From Candidatus Roseilinea sp. (GTDB lineage: Bacteria > Chloroflexota > Anaerolineae > J036 > Brachytrichaceae): DNA of 64,000 bases. Position 1 is the first letter of the stretch, and every line of letters starts with the position of its first letter. The notes under the pieces were generated by a model, which was not told the origin of the DNA, made no database searches, and worked only from the letters and a program-made list of their open reading frames with translations. Below, one piece after another: positions 27,652-36,983 of the stretch. Where the stretch lies: the NCBI GenBank assembly GCA_026003755.1, contig BPHV01000001.1:654393-718392 (forward strand). The letters run 5' to 3'. The position numbers and the translations under genes were made by a program.

Positions 27652-28887
27652 ATGGAAGAACGCTATCGAACGTCGCGCCTTCCCCCTGGCCTGCTGATCC
27701 TGGGCGCGTCCGGCGGCGTCGCCCAGGCCCTGTTACAACTCCTGCCCGAATACCGCCACGAGTTCGGCGAGCTGGTCCTGATGGATGGGCGACGCGGCGT
27801 GACCGATTCGCCCTTCCTGGATCATCGCGCCCTGCGCTACACCTTCATCGAGCACCACCTGGACATCCGGCGCGCCGATGCCGAACTGACGCCTATCTGT
27901 GCACGACACGGCATCGGAATCGTCCTTGACCTGACCGACGCGCGCAGCCTCCCTATTCTCAAGGCGACGCACCGCGCCGGCGCCAGCTACATCAACACCA
28001 TGCTCAACGACGAGCGCTTTACGGTGCCGGAACAGCACGCCCAAATCCTCTCTTGCAGAGCCGAGTTTGCGAGTCGGCCGCATCTGCTCTGCACCGGCAT
28101 GAACCCCGGCATCGTCAATCACTGGGTCAGCCAGGCTATCATGCGCCATGGCCGTCCGCACGAGATCGCCTTCTTCGAATTCGATAGTTCTGCGCCGGCC
28201 GACATGCCGCCGCACGAATGCGCGCCGTTTATCACCTGGTCGCGCAAGGAGTTCCTGCACGAGATCGCGGAGGAGCCTGGCGGAAGGCTCAGCGACGGCG
28301 GCGAGATCGAATGGCTTCGGCCGAACGCGCTCAGCCATCCGGTGGACATGCGCCCGCATTTAGCGCCGATCGTCGCGCGATCCAGCTATCCGCGCGGCAT
28401 GCTGTTGCTGCATGAGGAAGTCGTCACCCTCGGGCGACGGTTCCACCTGCCGGCGTCGTTCACCTACGGCATTCACCCCGCGTCGCTGGCTGCGCTGCGT
28501 TCGAGTTGGCTGAGCAACGACCGATTGACCGTCGAGGACTTGCTGCTGGCCGACAACGTGACCCTGCCCCTCGCCGGCAGTGACCTCGTCGGCGTATGGC
28601 TGAAATACGACGATCGCGATGTGCGGATCTTCAATGCGATGCACAACCGCGACCTGCGCGGCACGAATGCCACTTATCGCCAAGTCGCCGTCGGCGTGCT
28701 GGCCGGCATCCGCGCGATGGCGCACGGGCAGGTTCTGTGCGGCGTGCACTTCGTGGAAGACCTAGACTCGCCCATATTCGCAGAGACGGTGCGCAACCAC
28801 ATGATCGTGCAAGAGCACATCGTCTGGAAGCCACAACCGGAAGCGCAACCGGTGCGGCGCGACGTTCCGTTGGCGCGGCGCATCTGA
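27652..28887 (+). CDS. saccharopine dehydrogenase-like NAD(P)-binding protein (homospermidine synthase-like)
   Basis: LILGASGGVAQALL glycine-rich N-terminus. CTGMNPGIVNHWVSQAI resembles the GANPG motif of this family. Confidence 0.5.
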   Translation: MEERYRTSRLPPGLLILGASGGVAQALLQLLPEYRHEFGELVLMDGRRGVTDSPFLDHRALRYTFIEHHLDIRRADAELTPICARHGIGIVLDLTDARSLPILKATHRAGASYINTMLNDERFTVPEQHAQILSCRAEFASRPHLLCTGMNPGIVNHWVSQAIMRHGRPHEIAFFEFDSSAPADMPPHECAPFITWSRKEFLHEIAEEPGGRLSDGGEIEWLRPNALSHPVDMRPHLAPIVARSSYPRGMLLLHEEVVTLGRRFHLPASFTYGIHPASLAALRSSWLSNDRLTVEDLLLADNVTLPLAGSDLVGVWLKYDDRDVRIFNAMHNRDLRGTNATYRQVAVGVLAGIRAMAHGQVLCGVHFVEDLDSPIFAETVRNHMIVQEHIVWKPQPEAQPVRRDVPLARRI

Positions 28888-28906
28888 ACCCCGCTCGCGC
28901 CGACGA

Positions 28907-29704
28907 TCAGCGCGTGCACACGACCAACGCCTGCGGATCGGCCTCGATGAGTTGCCTGGCGCGGCGCTTCACCGGCAGATGCTCACCTTCGCCATCGTCT
29001 AAGGCCAGCAACAGCACCGGTGATAGGCTGGGCGAGCGCAAAAAGATGGGGGAATTGGCTGCCACGAGCGGCCGCGCCACAACGCCGCCGAAGCCAACGA
29101 AGACGTTGACGGCGTGGGCCGCCGCCAGGTCGCTCGACCCATCGCCCACCAGCATCGCCCGGCAACCACGCTCACGCAGCCGGCGGATGACCTCGGCCTT
29201 GCCATGCTGCGTGGTCAGCGGCGACTCGTCATACATTAGATACGACTCATCGGGATTGCCGATCTCGCTGCAGCGCTGATAGTCCCACCAGCGTCCGCTC
29301 AACTGGTTATAGGACAAGCCGACGGCATGAATCCGCTCGCGCGGCACCCCCAGCCACAGGCCGAAGCCGACGACGGCATCGGCCAAGCCGCCGCTGACGA
29401 TGAACACCTTGCGCCCCAGCGCGTGCAGGGCAGCAATCGTCTCGCGCGCGTCGGGCGTGACGGTGCGCTTGTAGGCTTCCTCGATGGCGCGCAGGTCGGC
29501 GCGCGTCGGCGCCAGCAAGCGTAACCGCTCGGCATAGACCTCCTGCAGCGGAATGCGCCCATCCATCGCGGCATTGGTGAGCGCAGCGATGCGCGCTTCC
29601 ACGCCCTTGAGCCGCGCCAACTCGTCAATGCCCTCGATGGTCGAGAGTGTGCTGTCACAATCGAAGAAAACTTCGTCAACCGGCAGCGGACGGCGCTCCA
29701 GCAT
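28907..29704 (-). CDS. HAD-IB hydrolase, phosphoserine phosphatase (SerB)-like
   Basis: Contains FFDCDSTLSTIEGIDELA, SGG and GDGSSDLAAA motifs. Start moved to ATG 29702-29704 to avoid a 5' overlap with divergent comM. Confidence 0.7.
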   Translation of the reverse strand: MLERRPLPVDEVFFDCDSTLSTIEGIDELARLKGVEARIAALTNAAMDGRIPLQEVYAERLRLLAPTRADLRAIEEAYKRTVTPDARETIAALHALGRKVFIVSGGLADAVVGFGLWLGVPRERIHAVGLSYNQLSGRWWDYQRCSEIGNPDESYLMYDESPLTTQHGKAEVIRRLRERGCRAMLVGDGSSDLAAAHAVNVFVGFGGVVARPLVAANSPIFLRSPSLSPVLLLALDDGEGEHLPVKRRARQLIEADPQALVVCTR

Positions 29705-29747
29705 GCAGTTGATTGTATGCCCAAGCACGCTATCATCGGCAACATCC

Positions 29748-31286
29748 ATGCTGGCCAAAGTCTATTCGTGCGCCATCCTCGGTCTAGAGGGCCACGTCGT
29801 CGAGGTAGAAGTGGACAGCGGACGCGGTTTGGCAACGTTTACGCTGGTTGGCCTGCCCGACGCCGCCGTGAAGGAGAGCGGCGAGCGCGTCCGCGCCGCG
29901 ATCCGCAACAGCGGCCTGCGCTTCCCCACCAACCGCGTCACGGTCAATCTTGCCCCAGCCGATCTCAAGAAGGTCGGCCCCAGTTACGATCTGCCGATTG
30001 CACTTGGCCTGTTGATGGCGTCGGAGCAGCTCGCCCCAGACTGCCTGGACGGCGCCATGGTGATGGGTGAGCTGGCGCTGGATGGCGCCGTCCGGCATGT
30101 GCGCGGCGTCTTGCCGGCTGCAGCCTTTGCGCAGGCGCAGGGCTTTCGCCGCATCTTCGTGCCGGCTGCCGACGCCTGCGAGGCAGCGCTGATCAACGGC
30201 ATCCAGGTCATCGCGGTTGAATCGCTGGGGCAACTGGTCAGCGGATTGAACGGGACCGCGCCATTGCAGGCTGCGGCGCCAAGCCTGCCGGCGCGTCCGT
30301 CCGCAGCGCCGATCGCGCCTTCGCCGATCACCGATTTCGCAGAGATCAAAGGACAAGAAACCGCCAAGCGCGCCTTAGAAGTGGCCGCCGCCGGTGGGCA
30401 CAATGTGCTGATGATCGGCTCGCCAGGGGCCGGCAAAACGCTGTTGGCGCGCGCCTTGCCCGGCATCCTGCCCGATCTGACACTCGAAGAGGCGCTCGAC
30501 ATCACGCGCATCTACAGCGTGGCCGATATGCTGCCCACGGATACGCCGCTGATCCAACAACGCCCCTTTCGCGCGCCGCATCACACCATCAGCCATGCCG
30601 GCATGATCGGCGGCGGCAAGCTGCCGCGGCCGGGTGAGGTCTCCCTGGCGCATCGCGGCGTGCTCTTCCTGGACGAGCTGCCCGAATTCGACGCGCGCAC
30701 GCTGGAGGTGCTGCGCCAGCCGATGGAGGACAAGGTCGTGACGATCTCACGCGCCTCCGGCGCGCTCACCTTCCCCGCCAACTTCCAGCTCGTCGCAGCG
30801 ATGAACCCCTGCAAGTGCGGCTGGTATGGCGACCCGATCAGGCCGTGCACCTGCACGCCGGCGCAGATCAGCGCCTACCAAAAGAAGATCAGCGGCCCAT
30901 TGCTGGACCGGATAGACATCCATTTAGAGGTCACCCGGGTGCCCTTCGAGAAGCTCAGCGACCTACGCCCGGGCGAGTCATCGGCAACGATTCGCGCGCG
31001 CGTCCAGGCGGCGCGCGACCGCCAGGCGCATCGCTTCCGCGGCACATCGCTCACCTGCAACGCCGACATGGGCGTGGGCGACCTGCGGCGTCACTGCGAA
31101 CTCGATGAAGCCGGGCGCAGCCTGATGAAAGCTGCCATGAACCGGTTGCAAATGAGCGCGCGCGCCTTCCACCGCGTGCTCAAGCTGGCGCGCACTATTG
31201 CCGACCTGGCCGGCAGCGACCGGATCGCCCCCATTCACCTGGCAGAGGCATTGCAGTACCGCCCGCGCAGGCCGGAGGGAGCTTAG
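29748..31286 (+). CDS. comM: YifB/ComM family Mg-chelatase-like ATPase
   Basis: From ATG 29748 it reads MLAKVYSCAILGLEGHVVEVEVD. Walker A is GSPGAGKTLLA, followed by the RAFHRVLKLARTIADL tail. Confidence 0.9.
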   Translation: MLAKVYSCAILGLEGHVVEVEVDSGRGLATFTLVGLPDAAVKESGERVRAAIRNSGLRFPTNRVTVNLAPADLKKVGPSYDLPIALGLLMASEQLAPDCLDGAMVMGELALDGAVRHVRGVLPAAAFAQAQGFRRIFVPAADACEAALINGIQVIAVESLGQLVSGLNGTAPLQAAAPSLPARPSAAPIAPSPITDFAEIKGQETAKRALEVAAAGGHNVLMIGSPGAGKTLLARALPGILPDLTLEEALDITRIYSVADMLPTDTPLIQQRPFRAPHHTISHAGMIGGGKLPRPGEVSLAHRGVLFLDELPEFDARTLEVLRQPMEDKVVTISRASGALTFPANFQLVAAMNPCKCGWYGDPIRPCTCTPAQISAYQKKISGPLLDRIDIHLEVTRVPFEKLSDLRPGESSATIRARVQAARDRQAHRFRGTSLTCNADMGVGDLRRHCELDEAGRSLMKAAMNRLQMSARAFHRVLKLARTIADLAGSDRIAPIHLAEALQYRPRRPEGA

Positions 31287-31319
31287 CGCCGAGCGTCCGC
31301 GATAAGCGGACGCCAATGC

Positions 31320-31325
31320 TACAAT
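31320..31325 (+). promoter_or_regulatory. candidate extended -10 (TGcTACAAT) 6 nt before GTG 31332, suggesting a leaderless mutS2 mRNA
   Basis: Sequence is aaTGcTACAATctcgatGTGattgcc. It is preceded by an 8-bp hairpin GCGTCCGC-GATAA-GCGGACGC (31293-31313). Confidence 0.35.
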
Positions 31326-31331
31326 CTCGAT

Positions 31332-33785
31332 GTGATTGCCAAGCACCTCCATACGCTTGAGCTACCCAAGATCCTCGATCGCCTGGCGACCTATTGCTCG
31401 TTCTCCGCCAGCGCAGCGCTGGCGCGCGCGCTAGAACCGGCGACGGATCCTGTGGAAGTGGAGCGCCGACTGGCCGAGACCGCCGAGGCGCGCGATATGC
31501 TTGGCAGAAATGACCAACTCGGCATCGGCGGCGCGCGCGACGTGCGCGAGGCCGCGCGGTTGGCCGCCCGCGGCGGCGTGCTGGAACCGCAGACCCTCCT
31601 GGAAATCCGCGATACGTTGTTGAGCGGACGCAACATCCAACGCGCGCTGTCGCGCCTCGGTGCGCCTCACCCGCACCTCACCGCCATCGTTCACGCTATC
31701 GAGCCGAACGGCGCGCTCATTGCCGAAATCGACCGCTGCATTGATGACAAGGGCGAGGTGCGCGACGCCGCCTCGCCGGATCTAGCGGCCATTCGCCGCG
31801 CAGTGCGTATGGCGCACGACCGGCTGCTGACTAAGCTGCAGCGCATGGTCAGCGACCTCAGCAACGCGCCGTACCTGCAAGAGGCGCTGATCACGCAACG
31901 CAACGGCCGCTACGTCATCCCGGTCAAGGCCGACTTCAAGGGACGCATCCCCGGAATCGTGCATGACCAGAGCGCCAGCGGCATGACGCTTTTCATCGAG
32001 CCGCTGGCCACGTTGGAGCTCAACAACGAGTGGCGCGAGCTGCAACTCGCCGAAGCGCGCGAAGTGCGCCGCGTGCTGACGGCGTTGTCCGGCTGGGTCG
32101 GCGCAGAAGCCGAGGGCATCACGCGCACGGTCGAGGCCATCGCGCGTTTCGACCTTGCGCTGGCTAAGGCGAAGTATGCCGAGGCGACGCGCAGCGTGAA
32201 GCCACAGATTGACAACAGGGGAACAGACGGACAGGGAGACGAGGGGATGGGGGGACATGGGGACGAGGAGACGAGGAGCCGTGGGGATAGGCCCCATGAG
32301 GGCGAGCCGGGCTTGTCTGCGCCTCGCCTCACCATCCTTCAGGCGAGACATCCCCTGCTGAACCCCGACACGGTGACGCCGATTGACGTGACGCTGCCGG
32401 AGGGCGTCCGCATCCTCGTCATCACCGGGCCGAACACAGGCGGCAAGACCGTCGCGCTCAAGACGATCGGCTTGCTGGCGCTCATGGCGCAGTGCGGCTT
32501 GCACATCCCCTGCGCGCAGGCGCGCCTGCCGGTCTTTGAGGCGGTCTACGCCGACATCGGCGACGAGCAGTCCATCGAGCAGAGCCTCTCAACGTTCAGC
32601 GCGCACCTGACCAATCTGCGCGGGTTCCTCGAACGCGTGAACGAGCGCGCGTTGGTATTGCTGGATGAATTAGGCGCCGGCACCGATCCGGCGGAGGGCG
32701 CAGCGCTGGCGCGCGCGATCCTGGAACACCTGCTCCAAACCGGCGCCGTCTGCGTCGTCGCCACGCACTATCCCGAACTCAAAGCCTGGGCATCGCTGAC
32801 GCCGGGCGCCGCGAACGCCAACGTCGCCTTCGATTACGAGACGCTGCGCCCGCTCTACCAATTGTCCATCGGACTGCCCGGCCGATCGAACGCATTCGCC
32901 ATCGCGCAACGGCTGGGCATGCCCGAAGCGATCATATCCGCGGCTAGGCGCTACCTGGATGCCAACGTCGCGCGGGCGGAAGACATGCTGGCCGAGATCG
33001 CCCGGCTGCAGCAGCAGACCGAGCGCGCGCTTGAAGCCGCGCGCAAGTCGCAACGCGAGGCGGAGGCTAACGCCGAGCGCATCCGCGCCCGCCTGAACGC
33101 CATAGAGGACGAGCGCAAGGCGGTCATCGAGCAAGCGCGCGAAGAGGCCCGTCGCGAGACTGAGCAGTTGCGGGCCGAAGTGCGCCGCCTGCACAACCGC
33201 ATCGTCGCCGCCGGCGGGCCGCTCGATGAGGTGAAGCGCATCAAGCAAGAGGTGGAGCAACTGGCCGCAGCAGCGGCGGCGCGCGCGCCACAGCCGCCGC
33301 TGCGCGCGCCGCTGCGCAAAGGCGCCATCCAGGCCGGTGACACAGTGCGCATCCGGTCGCTTGGCGTCACCGCCGAGGTCAACGCCGTGGACGGCGAGGA
33401 AGCCGACGTGCAAATCGGGCGCATGCACACGCGCGTGCGGTTGAACGACCTGGAACGCATCAGCGCGGGCGAACTGCTTCACAAGACCCAGCGCGAAGCG
33501 CGCGACGAGGTCGTCTCGCTGCCGCGCGTCCCTCCCCCGCCCCTCGAACTCGACCTGCGCGGCTTGACGACCGAGGAAGGCGTGGCGCGCGTGCAAGACT
33601 ACCTGGACCGCGCAGCACGCGCCGGCCTGCCGTTCGTGCGCTTGATTCACGGCAAAGGCACGGGCGCCCTGCGGCGCGCCATCCGCGACGCGATCAAAGC
33701 AGACCCAGCGGTCCAATCGTTCGAGACCGGCCTGGAGGGCGAAGGCGGCGACGGCGTCACCGTGGTCAGGTTGAAGGCGATGTGA
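31332..33785 (+). CDS. mutS2: endonuclease MutS2 (Smr domain)
   Basis: Walker A is ITGPNTGGKTV. A coiled-coil region is followed by a C-terminal Smr domain (LDLRGLTTEEGVARVQDYL...LIHGKGTGALR). Carries a low-complexity insertion at 32205-32330. Confidence 0.9.
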   Translation: MIAKHLHTLELPKILDRLATYCSFSASAALARALEPATDPVEVERRLAETAEARDMLGRNDQLGIGGARDVREAARLAARGGVLEPQTLLEIRDTLLSGRNIQRALSRLGAPHPHLTAIVHAIEPNGALIAEIDRCIDDKGEVRDAASPDLAAIRRAVRMAHDRLLTKLQRMVSDLSNAPYLQEALITQRNGRYVIPVKADFKGRIPGIVHDQSASGMTLFIEPLATLELNNEWRELQLAEAREVRRVLTALSGWVGAEAEGITRTVEAIARFDLALAKAKYAEATRSVKPQIDNRGTDGQGDEGMGGHGDEETRSRGDRPHEGEPGLSAPRLTILQARHPLLNPDTVTPIDVTLPEGVRILVITGPNTGGKTVALKTIGLLALMAQCGLHIPCAQARLPVFEAVYADIGDEQSIEQSLSTFSAHLTNLRGFLERVNERALVLLDELGAGTDPAEGAALARAILEHLLQTGAVCVVATHYPELKAWASLTPGAANANVAFDYETLRPLYQLSIGLPGRSNAFAIAQRLGMPEAIISAARRYLDANVARAEDMLAEIARLQQQTERALEAARKSQREAEANAERIRARLNAIEDERKAVIEQAREEARRETEQLRAEVRRLHNRIVAAGGPLDEVKRIKQEVEQLAAAAAARAPQPPLRAPLRKGAIQAGDTVRIRSLGVTAEVNAVDGEEADVQIGRMHTRVRLNDLERISAGELLHKTQREARDEVVSLPRVPPPPLELDLRGLTTEEGVARVQDYLDRAARAGLPFVRLIHGKGTGALRRAIRDAIKADPAVQSFETGLEGEGGDGVTVVRLKAM
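32243..32318 (+). repeat. G-rich in-frame module, copy 1 (inside mutS2)
   Basis: GGGGATGGGGGGACATGGGGACGAGG matches copy 2 at 23 of 26 positions. It ends near CTTGTCTGCGC. Translated as GMGGHGDEETRSRGDRPHEGEPGLSAPRL. Confidence 0.5.
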
Positions 33786-33822
33786 TCGCATGACGCAAAC
33801 GTGATATGCGACACCTGTAACG

Positions 33823-34908
33823 ATGGCTTATCTTCTATCCGTCGGCACGGCGCTGCCTCCCTACACCGTAACGCAGGAAGAAGCTGCGGCGTTTTCGTTG
33901 CGCCACTTCGAAGGCAAACTCGCGCGCCACAGCCAGTTGATGAGCATCTTCAGCAACGCGCGCATCACCAAGCGCCACTTCGTCGCCCCGCTCGAATGGT
34001 TCTCCACCCCCAACCACAGCCTGAAGGAGCGCAACGACCTGTACATTCGCAGCGCCGAGGCGCTGGGGATGGCGGCTGCGCAACGAGCGCTCGACCGAGC
34101 CGGCGTTTCGCCGCGCGAGGTGGATTTCATCGTCTTCGTCTCAACCACGGGACTCGCCACACCGAGCATAGATGCGCGCCTGATCGCCAAACTCGCCATG
34201 CGCTCCACCACCAAGCGCCTGCCGGTGTGGGGGCTGGGCTGCGCCGGCGGCGTCGCCGGGCTGGCCCGCGCTGCCGAATTCGCGCGCGCCTTCCCCGACG
34301 CACTCGCGCTACTGGTCTCGGTGGAGACGTGCAGCATCACCTTCCAGTTTCACGACTTCTCGAAGAAGAACTTCGTAGCTACAGCGATCTTCGCCGACGG
34401 CGCAGCAGCGGCGGTGATAGCCGGCGAGGCGTGGGCGCGGCGCAGCGCGTTGGCGGGCCGAGCGACGCTGCAATACGTCGCTTCCCATTCATACCTCTTC
34501 CCCAACTCGGAGCACGTCATGGGGTGGGACGTCGTGGACACCGGCTTATCGGTGGTCTTCGCACCGGAGATTCCGGCCCGCATCGCGCGCGACATGCGGC
34601 CGGTGGTGGTCGAGTTCCTGGATGAATGTCGGCTCGACCGGAGCGACTTATCGCACTACGTGCTTCACCCCGGCGGCGCGCGCGTCATCGAAGCCTACCG
34701 CGAAGCGTTCGGGTTGAGCGAAATCGCCTTGCAGTCGTCAAGCAGCGTGCTGTGTGAATGCGGCAACATGAGTTCGCCGACGGTGCTCTTCGTGCTGGAG
34801 CGCGCGTTACAAACGAATCACATCGCGACAGGCCAGTATGTCCTGATGGGCGCGCTGGGGCCGGGCTTCAGCTCGGAGCTGGCTTTGTTGAGAAGCGCCG
34901 TCTTGTGA
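33823..34908 (+). CDS. type III polyketide synthase (chalcone/stilbene synthase family)
   Basis: Catalytic triad contexts are visible: GLGCAGGVAGL (Cys), VLHPGGARVIEA (His) and CGNMSSPTVLFVL (Asn). Confidence 0.9.
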   Translation: MAYLLSVGTALPPYTVTQEEAAAFSLRHFEGKLARHSQLMSIFSNARITKRHFVAPLEWFSTPNHSLKERNDLYIRSAEALGMAAAQRALDRAGVSPREVDFIVFVSTTGLATPSIDARLIAKLAMRSTTKRLPVWGLGCAGGVAGLARAAEFARAFPDALALLVSVETCSITFQFHDFSKKNFVATAIFADGAAAAVIAGEAWARRSALAGRATLQYVASHSYLFPNSEHVMGWDVVDTGLSVVFAPEIPARIARDMRPVVVEFLDECRLDRSDLSHYVLHPGGARVIEAYREAFGLSEIALQSSSSVLCECGNMSSPTVLFVLERALQTNHIATGQYVLMGALGPGFSSELALLRSAVL

Positions 34909-34915
34909 TGATCAC

Positions 34916-36181
34916 ATGGGACACTCTCGCCTCGTTCGCCTTGCGTTGATCCTGCTGATCATCGCGCTGCTGTTATTCATCGTCGAGCGCGTATGGACGT
35001 TCGGGCAATTCCTGGGCGGCGTGCTCTCGACCCTGGTGGCGGCGTGGTTCGTGGCCTTTCTCATCAAGCCACTCGTCGTCCAACTGCAGACGGGCATCAT
35101 TCCCTGGCCGGTGATCGAGCGGCTGGAGCAGCATTATCCGACTTTGCCCGCGGACAAGCTTCGGCTCATCCGGCTGCCGATGCCGGTCGCCATCGTCGTC
35201 GCATATCTCATCTTCCTCATCGCCCTCATCGGCGGCGTGACCGTCGCCACAGCCACGATCATCCCGCAAGCCGCCGACTTGATCAGCCGCATACCGGGCT
35301 TCGCGGCAACCTTGCCCAAGCAACTGGCCGAATTCTGGGCCGGCTTCGCAGCGCGCTTTGGGCTTGATCCTGCCGCGCTGGAGCAGTTCATCGCCAGTCA
35401 GGACATCCCCGGCGCCGTGACGCAAGCCGCAGGCATCGCCGCGGCGCAGGTGCTGAACGTCGCCGCGTTTACGGCCAGCTTCATCGGCCAGTTCTTCTTG
35501 GTGCTCGTCCTCAGCCTATACATCGTGGTCGAGGATCGTCTGCTCATCCGCCAGCTCTTCATGGTGCTGCCGCAGCGCACTCATGAGACGGCGCGAGCCA
35601 TGCTGACGGCGGTAGACCGCGCCTTTAGCGGCTATCTGCGCGGCCAGTTCATCGGCGCCGTGTTGCGCGGCCTGTTCACGCTCATCGTTTTCGGCCTGTT
35701 CCAGCTCAAGTTCGGCGTCGTCGTGGCGATCGTCTTCGCGCTATCCTCTTTTGTGCCGTTGATCGGCGGGCCGATCGGCATTGGGTTTGCGGCCATTGTG
35801 GTGCTGATCGTCAATTCGGACGCCGTGCTGCCGGTCGTGCTGCTCATGTTCGCCTTCGACCAGTTCGTCGCCTATGGCATCATGCCGCGCTTGACGAAAG
35901 ACTTAGTCGGCGTGCCCGGCCTGGTCGCACTGCTGGCCATCAGCGTCGGCGTGCAATTGCTCGGCTTCTGGGGTGTGATCTTCGGCGTGCCGTTCATCGG
36001 CGCAGTATATGCGCTGGTCTTCGATTTCTACTTGCCGCGACGCGGCAAAGCCGAGGACTTGCCGGAGGGCCTCGTTGAATCGCCGGTCGAGCAACCATCG
36101 CGCGCTGCCCGACCGCCGGACGCGCCGCCGGCGCGAGAATGCGAGGAGCCGACGACGCCAGCGCTCAAGCACTCGCCGTGA
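34916..36181 (+). CDS. AI-2E family (PerM/UPF0118) transporter
   Basis: 421-aa polytopic membrane ORF with the family-typical layout. Starts 7 nt after the PKS stop. Confidence 0.75.
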   Translation: MGHSRLVRLALILLIIALLLFIVERVWTFGQFLGGVLSTLVAAWFVAFLIKPLVVQLQTGIIPWPVIERLEQHYPTLPADKLRLIRLPMPVAIVVAYLIFLIALIGGVTVATATIIPQAADLISRIPGFAATLPKQLAEFWAGFAARFGLDPAALEQFIASQDIPGAVTQAAGIAAAQVLNVAAFTASFIGQFFLVLVLSLYIVVEDRLLIRQLFMVLPQRTHETARAMLTAVDRAFSGYLRGQFIGAVLRGLFTLIVFGLFQLKFGVVVAIVFALSSFVPLIGGPIGIGFAAIVVLIVNSDAVLPVVLLMFAFDQFVAYGIMPRLTKDLVGVPGLVALLAISVGVQLLGFWGVIFGVPFIGAVYALVFDFYLPRRGKAEDLPEGLVESPVEQPSRAARPPDAPPARECEEPTTPALKHSP

Positions 36182-36253
36182 GCGCGCCGCATCCGGTATG
36201 CTCAGGCCGTGTTGTCAATCCGCAAGTGAAACCGATAGCCAGGAGAGGAGAAG

Positions 36254-36901
36254 ATGAATCTGTTCAACCCGCGCAAAGAGCGCGAAAACGAGCTCAAGCT
36301 GATGGGCAGGCTGCCGCCGGGCCAGTCGCTGACCGAGAAGTTCCCCGTCCTGCACTACGGGCCGGTGCCACATTACGATATGAGCCAATGGACCTTCAGC
36401 ATCTACGGCGAGGTCGAAGCGCCTAAGCAGTGGACGTGGGAGGAGTTCTTGAAGTTGCCCATGCGCGAGATCACCATGGACATCCACTGCGTCACGCGAT
36501 GGAGCAAGTTCGACACGAGATGGAAAGGGGTTTGGCTGCCGGACCTGATCGAGCAAGGCATCATCAAGCTCAAGCCCACCGCTCGCTTTGTGATCGAGCA
36601 CTGCGAGTATGGCTTCACCACGAACCTTGACCTGCAACACTTCATGAAGCCCACGACGCTACTGGCGATCGAATACGATGGCAAGCCGCTCGATCCCGAG
36701 CATGGTTATCCCCTGCGCGTGGTCGTGGGCGCGACCAAAGAGAACGCCAAAGACCCGGACACACGCTATTTCTGGAAGGGCGGCAAGTGGCTGCGTGCCC
36801 TGGAATTCACTCAGACCGACCGCCCCGGCTTCTGGGAACAGGCGGGCTATCACAACGTCGCCCGCGTGTGGCAAGAAGAGCGTTTTGAGGGCCAATGGTG
36901 A
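36254..36901 (+). CDS. sulfite-oxidase-fold molybdopterin-dependent oxidoreductase (small bacterial type)
   Basis: Contains REITMDIHCVTRWSKFDTRWKGV and GYPLRVVV motifs. RBS GGAGAGGAG lies upstream. Confidence 0.8.
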   Translation: MNLFNPRKERENELKLMGRLPPGQSLTEKFPVLHYGPVPHYDMSQWTFSIYGEVEAPKQWTWEEFLKLPMREITMDIHCVTRWSKFDTRWKGVWLPDLIEQGIIKLKPTARFVIEHCEYGFTTNLDLQHFMKPTTLLAIEYDGKPLDPEHGYPLRVVVGATKENAKDPDTRYFWKGGKWLRALEFTQTDRPGFWEQAGYHNVARVWQEERFEGQW

Positions 36902-36910
36902 AATGATGCG

Positions 36911-36945
36911 CTTCCGAAGTTCCCGAAACTTCGGAAGCGTTTTTA
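36911..36945 (+). terminator. rho-independent terminator
   Basis: CTTCCGAAGTT-CCCGA-AACTTCGGAAG forms an 11-bp perfect stem, followed by CGTTTTTA. Confidence 0.75.
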
Positions 36946-36983
36946 AACCTGCCTTTACAGAAAGCCGGCACACTACGCGCACG

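Noticed and set aside
29704-29758. An 11-nt 5'-5' overlap between divergent comM (ATG 29748) and the HAD gene (ORF start 29758).
   Set aside because: The overlap is resolved by using the internal ATG at 29702-29704 (MLERRPLPVDEVFFDCD...), which still precedes HAD motif I. The overlap is an ORF-calling artefact.
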